A program made the translations under genes and the position numbers. Under the pieces are notes generated by a model, which searched no databases, had not been told where the DNA came from, and saw only the letters and a program-made list of their open reading frames with translations. Positions 47,701 to 62,700 of a stretch of 64,000 nucleotides of DNA are shown one piece after another; position 1 is the stretch's first letter; each line of letters starts with the position of its first letter. The stretch is from Mobula hypostoma (lineage: Eukaryota), in contig NC_086108.1 of the NCBI RefSeq assembly GCF_963921235.1, positions 1,984,001-2,048,000 of the forward strand, in the 5' to 3' direction.

Positions 47701-50700
47701 GGTCACGGGTAGAGACGCGGGCAGCTGGTCACGGGTAGAGACGAGGGGAGTTGTTCATGGGTAGAGACGAGGGGAGCTGGTCACGGGGAGAGACGAGGGA
47801 GAGTTGGTCATGGGTTGAGACGAGGGGAGTTGGTCACGGGTAGAGACGAGGGGAGTTGTTCCCGGGTAGAGACGAGAGAGAGTTGGTCACGGGTAGAGAC
47901 GAGGTGAGTTGGTCACGGGTAGAGAGAGGTGAGTTGTTCACGGGTAGAGACGGGGGGGAGTTGGTCACAGGTAGAGACGAGGGGTGTTGGTCACGGGTAG
48001 AGACGAGGGAGAGTTGGTCATGCGTAGAGATGAGGGGAGTTGGTCCCGAGTCGAGACGATGGGAGTTGGTCACGGGTAGAGACGAGGGAGAGTTGGTCAC
48101 GGGTAGACACGAGGGGAGCTGGTCACGGGTAAAGACGAGGGGAGCTGGTCACAGGTAGAGACGAGGGGAGTTGCTCTCGGGTAGGGACGAGGGGAGTTGG
48201 TCACGGTTAGAGACGATTGGAGTTGGTCACGGGTAGAGACGAGGGGAGTTGTTCACGGGTAGAGACGAGGGAAGTTGGTCACGGGTAGAGACGAGGGTGA
48301 GTTGGTCACGCGTAGAGACGAGGGGAGTTGGTCACGGGTAGAGACGAGGGGAGTTGGTCATGGGTAGAGACGAGGGGAGTTGGTCACACGTGGAGACGAG
48401 GGGAGTTGGTCACGGGTAGAGACGAGGGGAGCTGGTCACAGGTAGAGACGAGGGGAGTTGCTCTCGGGTAGGGACGAGGGGAGTTGGTCACGGGTAGTGA
48501 CGAGTGGAGTTGGTCACACGTGGAGATGAGGGGAGTTGGTCACGGGTAGAGACGAGGGAGAGTTGGTCACAGGTGGAGACGAGTGGAGTTGGTCACACGT
48601 GGAGACGAGGGGAGTTGGTCACGGGTAGAGACCGGGGGAGTTGGTCACGGGTAGAGACGGGGGGAGTTGGTCATGGGTAGAGATGACGGAGAGTTGGTCA
48701 TGGGTAGAGACGAGGGAGAGTTGTTTATGGGTAGAGACGAAGGAGAGTTGGTCATGGGTAGAAACGAGGGGAGTTGGTGATGCGTAGAGACGAGGGGAGT
48801 TGGTCACGGGTAGAGACGAGGGGAGTTGTTCACGGGTCGAGACGAGGGTGAGTTGATCACGGGCAGAGACGAGGGAGAGTTGGTCACGGGTAGAGAGAGG
48901 TGAGTTGTTCACGGGTAGAGATGGGGGGAGTTGGTCACGGGTAGAGACGAGGGAGAGTTGGTCACGCGTAGAGACGAGGGGAGTTGGTCCCGAGTCGAGA
49001 CGATGGGAGTTGGTCACGGGTAGAGACGAGGGGAGTTGGTCACGGGTAGAAACCGGGGGAGTTGGTCACGGGTAGAGACGGGGGGAGTTGGTCACGGGTA
49101 GAGACGAGGGGAGCTGGTCACGGGTAGAGACGAGGGGAGCTGGTCACGGGTAGCGACGAGGAAGAGTTGGTCACGGGTAGAGACGAGGGAGAGTTGGTCA
49201 CAGGTGGAGACGAGGGGAGTTGGTCACGGGTGGAGACGAGGGAGAGTTGGTCACGGTTAGAGACGAGGGGAGTTGGTCACGGGTAGAGACGAGGGGAGTT
49301 GGTCACGGTTAGAGACGAGGGGAGTTGTTCACGGGTAGAGACGAGGGGAGTTGGTCACGGGTAGAGACGAGGGGAGTTGGTCATGGGTAGAGACGAGGGG
49401 AGTTGGTCACACGTGGAGACGAGGGGAGATGGTCACGGGTAGTGACGATGGAGAGTTGGTCAGGGGTAGAGACGAGGGGAGCTGGTCACGTGCAGAGACG
49501 GGGGGAGCTGGTCACGGACAGAGACGAGGGGAGTTGGTCACGGGTAGAGACGAGGGAGAGTTGGTCACGGGTAGAGGCGAGGGGAGTTGGTCACGGGTAG
49601 AGACGAGGGGAGTTGGTCACGGGTAGAGACGAGGGAGAGTTGGTCATTGGTCGAGACGAGGGGAGTTGGTCACGCGTAGAGACGAGGGGAGTTGGTCACG
49701 GGTAGAGACGAGGGAGAGTTGGTTACGGGTAGAGACGAGTGGAGTTGGTCACACGTGGAGCCGAGAGGAGTTGGTCACGGGTAGAGACCGGGGGAGTTGG
49801 TCATGGGTAGAGACGAGGGGAGTCGGTCACGGGTAGAGACGAGGGTGAGTTGTTCACGGGTAGAGACGAGGGTGAGTTGGTCACGGGTAGAGACAAGGGA
49901 GAGTTGGTCACGGGTAGAGACGATGGAGAGTTGGTCACGGGTAAGGACGAGGGGAGTTGGTCACGGGTAGAGACGAGGGGGAGTTGGTCACGGGTAGAGA
50001 GGAGGGGGAGTTGGTCACGGGTAGAGAGGAGGAGAGTTGGTCACGGGTAGAGACGAGGGGAGTTGTTCACGGGTAGAGACGGGGGGAGTTGGTCACGGGT
50101 TAAGACGGGGGGTGTTGGTCACGGGTAGAGACGAGGGGAGTTGCTCTCGGGTAGGGACGAGGGGAGTTGGTCACGGTTAGAGACGAGGGGAGTTGGTCAC
50201 GGGTAGAGACGAGGGGAGTTGTTCACGGGTAGAGACGAGGGGAGTTGGTCACGGGTAGAGACGAGGGGAGTTGGTCATGGGTAGAGACGAGGGGAGTTGG
50301 TCACACGTGGAGACGAGGGGAGTTGGTCACGGGTAGTGACGATGGAGAGTTGGTCACGGGTAGAGACGAGGCGAGCTAGTCACGTGCAGAGACGGGGGAG
50401 CTGGTCACGGACAGAGACGAGGGAGAGTTGGTCAAGGGTAGAGGCGAGGGGAGTTGGTCACGGGTAGAGACGAGGGGAGTTGGTCACGGGTAGAGAGGAG
50501 GGGCGTTGGTCACGGGTAGAGACGAGGGAAGTTGGTCACGGGTAGAGACGAGGGGAGTTGGTCACGGGTAGAGACGTGCGGAGTTGGTCACGGGTAGAGA
50601 CGAGGGAGAGTTGGTCATTGGTCGAGACGAGGGGAGTTGGTCACGCGTAGAGACGAGGGGAGTTGGTCACGGGTAGAGACGAGGGAGAGTTGATCACGGG

Positions 50701-53700
50701 TAGAGACGAGTGGAGTTGGTCACACGTGGAGACGAGGGGAGTTGGTCACGGGTAGAGACCGGGGGAGTTGGTCATGGGTAGAGACGAGGGGAGTTGGTCA
50801 CGGGTAGAGACGAGGGTGAGTTGTTCACGGGTAGAGACGAGGGTGAGTTGGTCACGGGTAGAGACGAGGGAGAGTTGGTCACGGGTAGAGACGAGGGAGA
50901 GTTGGTCACGGGTAAGGACGAGGGGAGTTGGTCACGGGTAGAGACGAGGGGGAGTTGGTCACGGGTAGAGAGGAGGGGGAGTTGGTCACGGGTAGAGAGG
51001 AGGGGAGTTGGTCACGGGTAGAGACGAGGGGAGTTGGTCACGGGTAGAGACGTGTGGAGTTGGTCACGGGTAAAGACGGGGGGTGTTGGTCACGGGTAGA
51101 GACGAGGGGAGCTGTTCACGGGTAGAGACGAGGGGAGTTGGTCACGGGTAGAGACGAGGGGAGCTGGTCACGGGTAGAGACGAGGGGAGTTGGTCATGGG
51201 TAGAGACGAGGGGAGTTGGTCACACGTGGAGACGAGGGGAGTTGGTCACGGGTAGTGACGATGGAGAGTTGGTCAGGGGTAGAGACGAGGGGAGCTGGTC
51301 ACGTGCAGAGACGGGGGGAGCTGGTCACGGACAGAGACGAGGGGAGTTGGTCACGGGTAGAGACGAGGGAGAGTTGGTCACGGGTAGAGGCGAGGGGAGT
51401 TGGTCAAGGGTAGAGACGAGGGGAGTTGGTCACGGGTAGAGACGAGGGAGAGTTGGTCATTGGTCGAGACGAGGGGAGTTGGTCACGCGTAGAGACGAGG
51501 GGAGTTGGTCACGGGTAGAGACGAGGGAGAGTTGGTTACGGGTAGAGACGAGTGGAGTTGGTCACACGTGGAGCCGAGAGGAGTTGGTCACGGGTAGAGA
51601 CCGGGGGAGTTGGTCATGGGTAGAGACGAGGGGAGTCGGTCACGGGTAGAGACGAGGGTGAGTTGTTCACGGGTAGAGACGAGGGTGAGTTGGTCACGGG
51701 TAGAGACAAGGGAGAGTTGGTCACGGGTAGAGACGAGGGAGAGTTGGTCACGGGTAAGGACGAGGGGAGTTGGTCACGGGTAGAGACGAGAGGGAGTTGG
51801 TCACGGGTAGAGAGGAGGGGGAGTTGGTCACGGGTAGAGAGGAGGAGAGTTGGTCACGGGTAGAGACGAGGGGAGTTGGTCACGGGTAGAGACGGGGGGA
51901 GTTGGTCACGGGTTAAGACGGGGGGTGTTGGTCACGGGTAGAGACGAGGGGAGTTGCTCTCGGGTAGGGACGAGGGGAGTTGGTCACGGTTAGAGACGAG
52001 GGGAGTTGGTCACGGGTAGAGACGAGGGGAGTTGTTCACGGGTAGAGACGAGGGGAGTTGGTCACGGGTAGAGACGAGGGGAGTTGGTCATGGGTAGAGA
52101 CGAGGGGAGTTGGTCACACGTGGAGACGAGGGGAGTTGGTCACGGGTAGTGACGATGGAGAGTTGGTCACGGGTAGAGACGAGGCGAGCTAGTCACGTGC
52201 AGAGACGGGGGAGCTGGTCACGGACAGAGACGAGGGAGAGTTGGTCAAGGGTAGAGGCGAGGGGAGTTGGTCACGGGTAGAGACGAGGGGAGTTGGTCAC
52301 GGGTAGAGAGGAGGGGCGTTGGTCACGGGTAGAGACGAGGGAAGTTGGTCACGGGTAGAGACGAGGGGAGTTGGTCACGGGTAGAGACGTGCGGAGTTGG
52401 TCACGGGTAGAGACGAGGGAGAGTTGGTCATTGGTCGAGACGAGGGGAGTTGGTCACGCGTAGAGACGAGGGGAGTTGGTCACGGGTAGAGACGAGGGAG
52501 AGTTGATCACGGGTAGAGACGAGTGGAGTTGGTCACACGTGGAGACGAGGGGAGTTGGTCACGGGTAGAGACCGGGGGAGTTGGTCATGGGTAGAGACGA
52601 GGGGAGTTGGTCACGGGTAGAGACGAGGGTGAGTTGTTCACGGGTAGAGACGAGGGTGAGTTGGTCACGGGTAGAGACGAGGGAGAGTTGGTCACGGGTA
52701 GAGACGAGGGAGAGTTGGTCACGGGTAAGGACGAGGGGAGTTGGTCACGGGTAGAGACGAGGGGGAGTTGGTCACGGGTAGAGAGGAGGGGGAGTTGGTC
52801 ACGGGTAGAGAGGAGGGGAGTTGGTCACGGGTAGAGACGAGGGGAGTTGGTCACGGGTAGAGACGTGTGGAGTTGGTCACGGGTAAAGACGGGGGGTGTT
52901 GGTCACGGGTAGAGACGAGGGGAGCTGTTCACGGGTAGAGACGAGGGGAGTTGGTCACGGGTAGAGACGAGGGGAGCTGGTCACGGGGGAGACGACGGAG
53001 AGTTGGTCATGGGTTGAGACGAGGGGAGTTGGTCACGGGTAGAGACGAGGGGAGTTGTTCACGGGTCGAGACGTGGGTGAGTTGTTCACGGGTAGACACG
53101 AGAGAGAGTTGGTCACGGGTAGAGACGAGGTGAGTTGGTCACGGGTAGAGACGAGGGGAGTTGGTCACGGGTAGAGACGAGGGGTGTTGGTCACGGGTAG
53201 AGACGAGGGAGAGTTGGTCACGCGTAGAGACGAGGGGTGTTGGTCACGGGTAGAGACGAGGGAGAGTTGGTCACGCGTAGAGACGAGGGGAGTTGGTCCC
53301 GAGTCGAGACGATGGGAGTCGGTCACGGGTAGAGACGCGAGGAGTTGGTCACGGGTAGAGACGAGGGAGAGTTGGTCACGGGTGGAGACGAGGGGAGTTG
53401 GTCACGGGTGGAGACGAAGGAGAGTTGGTCACGGGTAGAGACGAGGGAGAGTTGGTCACGGGTAGACACGAGGGGAGCTGGTCACGGGTATACACGAGGG
53501 GAGCTGGTCACAGGTAGAGACGAGGGGAGTTACTCTCGGGTAGGGACGAGGGGAGTTGTTCACGGGTAGAGACGAGGGGAGTTGGTCACGGGTAGAGACG
53601 AGGGGAGTTGTTCACGGGTAGAGACGAGGGGAGTTGGTCACGGGTAGAGACGAGGGGAGTTGGTCATGGGTAGAAACGAGGGGAGTTGGTCACGGTTAGA

Positions 53701-56700
53701 GACGAGGGGAGTTGGTCAAGGGTAGAGACGAGGGGAGTTGTTCACGGGTAGAGACGAGGGGAGTTGGTCACGGGTAGAGACGAGGGGAGTTGGTCATGGG
53801 TAGAGACGAGGGGAGTTGGTCACACGTGGATACGAGGGGAGTTGGTCACGGGTAGTGACGAGGGAGAGTTGGTCACGGGTAGAGACGAGGGGAGTTGGTC
53901 ACGGGTAGAGACGAGGGGTGTTGGTCACGGGTAGAGACGAGGGAGAGTTGGTCACGCGTAGAGACGAGGGGTGTTGGTCACGGGTAGAGACGAGGGAGAG
54001 TTGGTCACGCGTAGAGACGAGGGGAGTTGGTCCCGAGTCGAGACGATGGGAGTCGGTCACGGGTAGAGACGCGAGGAGTTGGTCACGGGTAGAGACGAGG
54101 GAGAGTTGGTCACGGGTGGAGACGAGGGGAGTTGGTCACGGGTGGAGACGAAGGAGAGTTGGTCACGGGTAGAGACGAGGGAGAGTTGGTCACGGGTAGA
54201 CACGAGGGGAGCTGGTCACGGGTATACACGAGGGGAGCTGGTCACAGGTAGAGACGAGGGGAGTTACTCTCGGGTAGGGACGAGGGGAGTTGTTCACGGG
54301 TAGAGACGAGGGGAGTTGGTCACGGGTAGAGACGAGGGGAGTTGTTCACGGGTAGAGACGAGGGGAGTTGGTCACGGGTAGAGACGAGGGGAGTTGGTCA
54401 TGGGTAGAAACGAGGGGAGTTGGTCACGGTTAGAGACGAGGGGAGTTGGTCAAGGGTAGAGACGAGGGGAGTTGTTCACGGGTAGAGACGAGGGGAGTTG
54501 GTCACGGGTAGAGACGAGGGGAGTTGGTCATGGGTAGAGACGAGGGGAGTTGGTCACACGTGGATACGAGGGGAGTTGGTCACGGGTAGTGACGATGGAG
54601 AGTTGGTCACAGGTAGAGACGGGGGGAGTTGGTCACGCGTAGAGACGAGGGAGAGTTGGTCACGGGTAGAGACGAGTGGAGTTGGTCACATGTGGAGATG
54701 AGGGGAGTTGGTCACGGGTAGAGACGAGGGGAGTTGGTCACGGGTGGAGAGGAGGGGCGTTGGTCACGGGTAGAGACGAGGGGAGTTGGTCACGGGTAGA
54801 GACGAGCGGAGTTGGTCACGGGTAGAGACGCGGGAGAGTTGGCCATTGGTCGAGAGGAGGGGAGTTGGTCACGCGTAGAGACGAGGGGAGTTGGTCACGG
54901 GTAGAGACGAGGGAGAGTTGGTCACGGGTAGAGACGAGTTGAGTTGGTCACACGTGGAGACGAGGGGAGTTGGTCACGGGTAGAGACCGGGGGAGTTGGT
55001 CACGGGTAGAGACGGGGGGAGTTGGTCATGGGTCGAGATGACGGAGAGTTGGTCATGGGTAGAGACGAGGGAGAGTTGTTCATGGGTAGAGACGAAGGAG
55101 GGTTAGTCATGGGTAGAAACGAGGGGAGTTGGTCACGCGTAGAGACGAGGGGAGCTGGTCACGGGTAGAGACGAGGGAGAGTTGGTCACGGGTTGAGACG
55201 AGGGGAGTTGGTCACGGGTAGAGACGAGGGGAGTTGTTCACGGGTCGAGACGAGGGTGAGTTGATCACGGGTAGAGACGAGGGAGAGTTGGTCACGGGTA
55301 GAGACGAGGTGAGTTGGTCACGGGTAGAGAGAGGTGAGTTGTTCACGGGTAGAGATGGGGGGAGTTGGTCACGGGTAGAGACGAGGGGTGTTGGTCACGG
55401 GTAGAGACGAGGGAGAGTTGGTCACGCGTCGAGACGAGGGGAGTTGGTCCCGAGTCGAGACGATGGGAGTTGGTCACGGGTAGAGACGAGGGGAATTGGT
55501 CACGGGTAGAAACCGGGGGAGTTGGTCACGGGTAGAGACGGGGGGAGTTGGTCACGGGTAGAGATGAGGGGAGCTGGTCACGGGTAGAGACGAGGGGAGC
55601 TGGTCACGGGTAGAGACGAGGAAGAGTTGGTCACGGGTAGAGACGAGGGAGAGTTGGTCACAGGTGGAGACGAGGGGAGTTGGTCACGGGTGGAGACGAG
55701 GGAGAGTTGGTCACAGTTAGAGACGAGGGGAGTTGGTCACGGGTAGAGACGAGGGGAGTTGGTCACGGTTAGAGACGAGGAGTGTTGTTCACGGGTAGAG
55801 ACGAGGGGAGTTGTTCACGGGTAGAGACGAGGGGAGTTGGTCATGGGTAGAGATGAGGGGAGTTGGTCACACGTGGAGACGAGTGGAGTTGGTCACGGGT
55901 AGTGACGATGGAGAGTTGGTCAGGGGTAGAGACGAGGGGAGATGGTCACGTGCAGAGACGGGGGGAGCTGGTCACGGACAGAGACGAGGGGAGTTGGTCA
56001 CGGGTATGGACGAGGGAGAGTTGGTCACGGGTAGAGGCGAGGGGAGTTGGTCACGGGTAGAGACGAGGTGAGTTGGTCACGGGTAGAGACGAGGGAGAGT
56101 TGGTCATTGGTCGAGACGAGGGGAGTTGGTCACGTTTAGAGACGAGGGAGAGTTGGTCATTGGTCGAGACGAGGGGAGTTGGTCACGCGTAGAGACGAGG
56201 GGAGTTGGTCACGGGTAGAGACGAGGGAGAGTTGGTTACGGGTAGAGACGAGTGGAGTTGGTCCCACGTGGAGACGAGGGGAGTTGGTCACGGGTAGAGA
56301 CCGGGGGAGTTGGTCACGGGTAGAGACGAGGGGAGTTGGTCACGGGTAGAGACGAGGGTGAGTTGTTCACGGGTAGAGACGAGGGTGAGTTGGTCACGGG
56401 TAGAGACAAGGCAGAGTTGGTCACGGGTAGAGACGAGGGAGAGTTGGTCACGGGTAAGGACGAGGGGAGTTGGTCACGGGTAGAGACGAGGGGGAGTTGG
56501 TCACGGTTAGAGAGGAGGGGGAGTTGGTCACGGGTAGAGGGGAGGGGAGTTGGTCACGGGTAGAGACGATGGGAGTTGGTCACGGGTAGAGACGGGGGGA
56601 GTTGGTCACGGGTTAAGACGGGGGTTGTTGGTCACGGGTAGAGACGAGCGAGTGTTGGTCACGCGTAGAGACGAGGGGAATTGGTCCCGGGTCGAGACGA

Positions 56701-59700
56701 GGGAGAGTTGGTCACTGGTAGAGACGAGGGAGAGTTGGTGACGGGTAGAGACGAGGGGAGCTGGTCACGGGTAGAGACGAGGGGAGTTGGTCACGGGTAG
56801 AGAAGACGGGAGTTGATCACGGGTAGAGACGAGGGGAGTTGGTCACGGGTAGAGACGAGGGGAGCTGGTCACGGGTGGAGACGAAGTGAGTTGGTCACGG
56901 GTAGAGACGAGGGGAGTTGGTCACGGGTAGAGACGAGGGGAGTTGTTCACGGGTAGAGACGAGGGGAGTTGGTCACGGGTCGAGCCGAGGGGACTTGGTC
57001 ACTGGTAGAGACGAGGGGATTTGATTACTGGTAGAGACGAGGGGGTGTTGGTCACGGGTGGAGACGAGGGGAGTTGTTCACGGGTAGAGACGAGGGGAGT
57101 TGGTCACGGATAGAGACGAGGGATAGTTGGTCACGGGTAGAGACGAGGGGTGTTGGTCACGGGTAGAGACGAGGGGAGTTGGTCACGGATAGAGACGAGG
57201 GATAGTTGGTCACGGGTAGAGACGAGGGGAGTTGGTCACGGGTAGAGACGAGGGGAGTTGGTCCCCGGTAGAGACAAGGGGGAGTTGGTCACGGGTAGAG
57301 ACGAGGGAGAGTTGGTCACGGGTAGAGACGAGGGAGAGTTGGTCACGGGTAGAGACGAGCGGAGTTGGTCACGGGGCGAGACGAGGGGAGTTTGTCACGG
57401 GTAGAGACGAGGGGAGCTGTTCACGGGTAGAGACGAGGGGAGTTGGTCACGGGTAGAGACGAGGGCAGCTGGTCACGGGTAGAGACGAGGGGAGTTGTTC
57501 ATGGGTAGAGACGAGTGAGAGGTGTACATGGGTAGAGACGAGTGAGAGTTGTTCATGGGTAGAGATGAGGGGAGTTGTTCACGGGTAGACACGAGGGAGA
57601 GTTGGTCACGGGTAGAGACGAGGGAGAGTTGATCACGGGTAAGAGACGAGGGAGAGTTGGTCACGTGTAGAGGCGAGGGGAGTTGGTCATGGGTAGAGAC
57701 GACGTAGAGTTGGTCACGGGTTGAGACGAGGGGAGTTGGTCACGCGTAGGTATGAGGGGAGTTGGTCCCGGGTCGAGACGAGGGAAGTTGGTCACGTGTA
57801 GAGACGACAGAGAGTTGGTCATGGGTAGAGACGAGGGAGAGTTGGTCCCGGGTAGAGACGAGGGGAGTTGGTCCCGGGTCGAGACGAGGGGAGTTGGACA
57901 CGGGTAGAGACGACGAGAGTTGGACACGGGTAGAGACGACAGAGAGTTGGTCACTGGTAGAGACGTGGGCGAGTTGGACACGGGTAGAGACGAGGGGAGT
58001 TGGTCACGGGTAGAGATGATGGGGAGTTGGTCACGGGTAGAGACGACGGGAGTTGGTCACGGGTAGAGACGACGGGAGATGGTCACGGGTAGAGACGAGG
58101 GGAGCTGGTCACGGGTGGAGACGAGGGGAGCTGGTCACGTGTGGAGACGAGGGGAGTTGGTCACGGGTAGAGACGAGGGGAGTTGGTCACGGGTAGAGAC
58201 GAGGGAGAGTTGGTCACTGGTAGAGACGAGGGGAGTTGATCACGCGTAGAGACGAGGGGAGCTGGTCACGGGTAGAGACGAGGGAGAGTTGGTCACGGGT
58301 TGAGACGAGGGGAGTTGGTCATGGGTAGAGACGAGGGGAGTTGTTCACGGGTCGAGACGAGGGTGAGTTGTTCACGGGTAGAGACGAGGGAGAGTTGGTC
58401 ACGGGTTGAGACGAGGTGAGTTGGTCACAGGTAGAGAGAGGTGAGTTGTTCATGGGTAGAGATGGGGGGAGTTGGTCACGGGTAGAGACGAGGGGTGTTG
58501 GTCACGTGTGGAGACGAGGGAGAGTTGGTCACGCGTAGAGACGAGGGGAGTTGGTCCCGAGTCGAGACGATGGGAGTTGGTCACGGGTAGAGACGAGGGG
58601 AGAGTTGTTCAGTGGTAGAGACGAGGAGAGTTGGTCACGGGTAGACACGAGGTGAGTTCGTCACGGGTAGAGAGAGGTGAGTTGTTCATGGGTAGAGATG
58701 GGGGGAGTTGGTCACGGGTAGAGACGAGGGGTGTTGGTCACGGGTGGAGACGAGGGAGAGTTGGTCACGCATAGAGACGAGGGGAGTTGGTCCCGAGTCG
58801 AGACGATGGGAGTTGGTCATGGGTAGAGACAAGGGGAGAGTTGGTCAGTGGTAGAGACGAGGAGAGTTGGTCACGGGTAGAGACGAGGGGTGTTGGTCAC
58901 TGGTAGAGAAGAGGGGGTGTTTGTCACTGGTAGAGACGAAGGGAGTTGGTCACGGGTAGAGACGAGGGGAGTTGGTCACGGGTAGAGACGAGGGGGAGTT
59001 GGTCATGGGTAGAGACGAGGGGGAGTTGGTCATGGGTAGAGATGATGGAGAGTTGGTCACGGGTAGAGACGAGGAGAGTTGGTCACGGGTAGAGACGAGG
59101 GAGAGTTGGTCACTGGTAGAGACGAGGGGAGTTGATCACTCGTAGAGACGAGGGGAGCTGGTCACGGGTAGAGACGAGGGAGAGTTGGTCACGGGTTGAG
59201 ACGAGGGGAGTTGGTCACGGGTAGAGACGAGGGGAGCTGTTCACGGGTAGAGACGAGGGGGAGTTGGTCATGGGTAGAGACGAGGGTGAGTTGGTCATGG
59301 GTAGAGATGATGGAGAGTTGGTCACGGGTAGAGACGAGGAGAGTTTGTCATGGGTAGAGACGAAGGGAGTTGGTCACGGGTAGGGACGAGGGGGAGTTAG
59401 TCATGGGTATAGACGAGGGGAGTTGGTCACGGGTAAAGATGAGAGGGAGTTGGTCACGGGTAGAGACGAGGGGAGTTGGTCACGGGTAGAGACGAGGGGA
59501 GTTGGTCATGGGCAGAGATGACGGAGAGTTGGTCATGGGTAGAGACGAGGGGAGTTGGTCATGGGTAGAGATGACGGAGAGTTGGTCACGGGTAGAGACG
59601 AGGGGCGTTGGTCACAGGTAGAGACGAGGGAGAGTTGGTCATTGGTAGAGACGAGTGGTGTTGGTCACGCGTAGAGACGAGGGGAGTTGGTCACGGGTAG

Positions 59701-62700
59701 ATACGAGTGGAGTTGGTCACGGGTAGAGACGGGGGGAGTTGGTCACGGGTAGAGACGAGGTGAGCTGGTCACGGGTAGAGACGAGGGGAGCTGGTCACGG
59801 GTAGAGACGAGGAAGAGTTGGTCACGGGTAGAGACGAGGGAGAGTTGGTCACAGGTGGAGACGAGGGGAGTTGGTCACGGGTGGAGACGAGGGAGAATTG
59901 GTCACGGTTAGAGACGAGGGGAGTTGGTCACGGGTAGAGACGAGGGGAGTTGGTCACGGTTAGAGACGAGGGGAGTTGTTCACGGGTAGAGACAAGGGGA
60001 GTTGGTCATGGGTAGAGACGAGGGGAGTTGGTCACACGTGGAGACGAGGGGAGTTGGTCACGGGTAGTGACGATGGAGAGTTGGTCACGGGTTGAGACGA
60101 GGTGAGTTGGTCACAGGTAGAGAGAGGTTTGTTCATGGGTAGAGATGGGGGGAGTTGGTCACGGGTAGAGACGAGGGGTGTTGGTCACGTGTGGAGACGA
60201 GGGAGAGTTGGTCACGCGTAGAGACGAGGGGAGTTGGTCCCGAGTCGAGACGATGGGAGTTGGTCACGGGTAGAGACGAGGGGAGAGTTGTTCAGTGGTA
60301 GAGACGAGGAGAGTTGGTCACGGGTAGACACGAGGTGAGTTCGTCACGGGTAGAGAGAGGTGAGTTGTTCATGGGTAGAGATGGGGGGAGTTGGTCACGG
60401 GTAGAGACGAGGGGTGTTGGTCACGGGTGGAGACGAGGGAGAGTTGGTCACGCATAGAGACGAGGGGAGTTGGTCCCGAGTCGAGACGATGGGAGTTGGT
60501 CATGGGTAGAGACAAGGGGAGAGTTGGTCAGTGGTAGAGACGAGGAGAGTTGGTCACGGGTAGAGACGAGGGGTGTTGGTCACTGGTAGAGAAGAGGGGG
60601 TGTTTGTCACTGGTAGAGACGAAGGGAGTTGGTCACGGGTAGAGACGAGGGGAGTTGGTCACGGGTAGAGACGACGGGGAGTTGGTCATGGGTAGAGACG
60701 AGGGGGAGTTTTTCATGGGTAGAGATGATGGAGAGTTGGTCACGGGTAGAGACGAGGAGAGTTGGTCACGGGTAGAGACGAGGGAGAGTTGGTCACTGGT
60801 AGAGACGAGGGGAGTTGATCACTCGTAGAGACGAGGGGAGCTGGTCACGGGTAGAGACGAGGGAGAGTTGGTCACGGGTTGAGACGAGGGGAGTTGGTCA
60901 CGGGTAGAGACGAGGGGAGCTGTTCACGGGTAGAGACGAGGGGGAGTTGGTCATGGGTAGAGACGAGGGTGAGTTGGTCATGGGTAGAGATGATGGAGAG
61001 TTGGTCACGGGTAGAGACGAGGAGAGTTGGTCATGGGTAGAGACGAAGGGAGTTGGTCACGGGTAGGGACGAGGGGGAGTTAGTCATGGGTATAGACGAG
61101 GGGAGTTGGTCACGGGTAAAGATGAGAGGGAGTTGGTCACGGGTAGAGACGAGGGGAGTTGGTCACGGGTAGAGACGAGGGGAGTTGGTCATGGGCAGAG
61201 ATGACGGAGAGTTGGTCATGGGTAGAGACGAGGGGAGTTGGTCATGGGTAGAGATGACGGAGAGTTGGTCACGGGTAGAGACGAGGGGCGTTGGTCACGG
61301 GTAGAGACGAGGGAGAGTTGGTCATTGGTAGAGACGAGTGGTGTTGGTCACGCGTAGAGACGAGGGGAGTTGGTCACGGGTAGATACGAGTGGAGTTGGT
61401 CACGGGTAGAGACGGGGGGAGTTGGTCACGGGTAGAGACGAGGGGAGCTGGTCACGGGTAGAGACGAGGGGAGCTGGTCACGGGTAGAGACGAGGAAGAG
61501 TTGGTCACGGGTAGAGACGAGGGAGAGTTGGTCACAGGTGGAGACGAGGGGAGTTGGTCACGGGTGGAGACGAGGGAGAATTGGTCACGGTTAGAGACGA
61601 GGGGAGTTGGTCACGGGTAGAGACGAGGGGAGTTGGTCACGGTTAGAGACGAGGGGAGTTGTTCACGGGTAGAGACAAGGGGAGTTGGTCATGGGTAGAG
61701 ACGAGGGGAGTTGGTCACACGTGGAGACGAGGGGAGTTGGTCACGGGTAGTGACGATGGAGAGTTGGTCAGGGGTAGAGACGAGGGGAGCTGGTCACGTG
61801 CAGAGACGGGGGGAGCTGGTCACGGACAGAGACGAGGGGAGTTGGTCACGGGTAGAGACGAGGGAGAGTTGGTCACGGGTAGAGGCGAGGGGAGTTGGTC
61901 ACGGGTAGAGACGAGGGGAGTTGGTCACGGATAGAGACGAGGGAGAGTTGGTCATTGGTCGAAACGAGGGGAGTTGGTCACGCGTAGAGACGAGGGGAGT
62001 TGGTCACGGGTAGAGACGAGGGAGAGTTGGTTACGGGTAGAGACGAGTGGAGTTGGTCACACGTGGAGACGAGGGGAGTTGGTCACGGGTAGAGACCGGG
62101 GGAGTTGGTCATGGGTAGAGACGAGGGGAGTTGGTCACGGGTAGAGACGAGCGAGTGTTGGTCACGCGTAGAGACGAGGGGAATTGGTCCCGGGTCGAGA
62201 CGAGGGAGAGTTGGTCACTGGTAGAGACGAGGGAGAGTTGGTGACGGGTAGAGACGAGGGGAGCTGGTCACGAGTAGAGACGAGGGGAGTTGGTCACGGG
62301 TAGAGAAGATGGGAGTTGATCACGGGTAGAGACGAGGGGAGTTGGTCACGGGTAGAGACGAGGGGAGCTGGTCACGGGTGGAGACGAAGTGAGTTGGTCA
62401 CGGGTAGAGACGAGGGGAGTTGGTCACGGGTAGAGACGAGGGGAGTTGTTCACGGGTAGAGACGAGGGGAGTTGGTCACGGGTCGAGCCGAGGGGACTTG
62501 GTCACTGGTAGAGACGAGGGGAGTTGGTTACTGGTAGAGACGAGGGGGTGTTGGTCACGGGTGGAGACGAGGGGAGTTGTTCACGGGTAGAGACGAGGGG
62601 AGTTGGTCACGGATAGAGACGAGGGATAGTTGGTCACGGGTAGAGACGAGGGGAGTTGGTCACGGGTAGAGACGAGGGGAGTTGGTCACGGATAGAGACG

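Noticed and set aside
26893..61934. Dozens of 60-130 aa ORFs (ELVTGRDEG, SWSRVETR, TNSPSSLP repeats)
   Set aside because: They are translations of the satellite; the 26/27-bp mix shifts frame constantly and there are no splice or coding signals.
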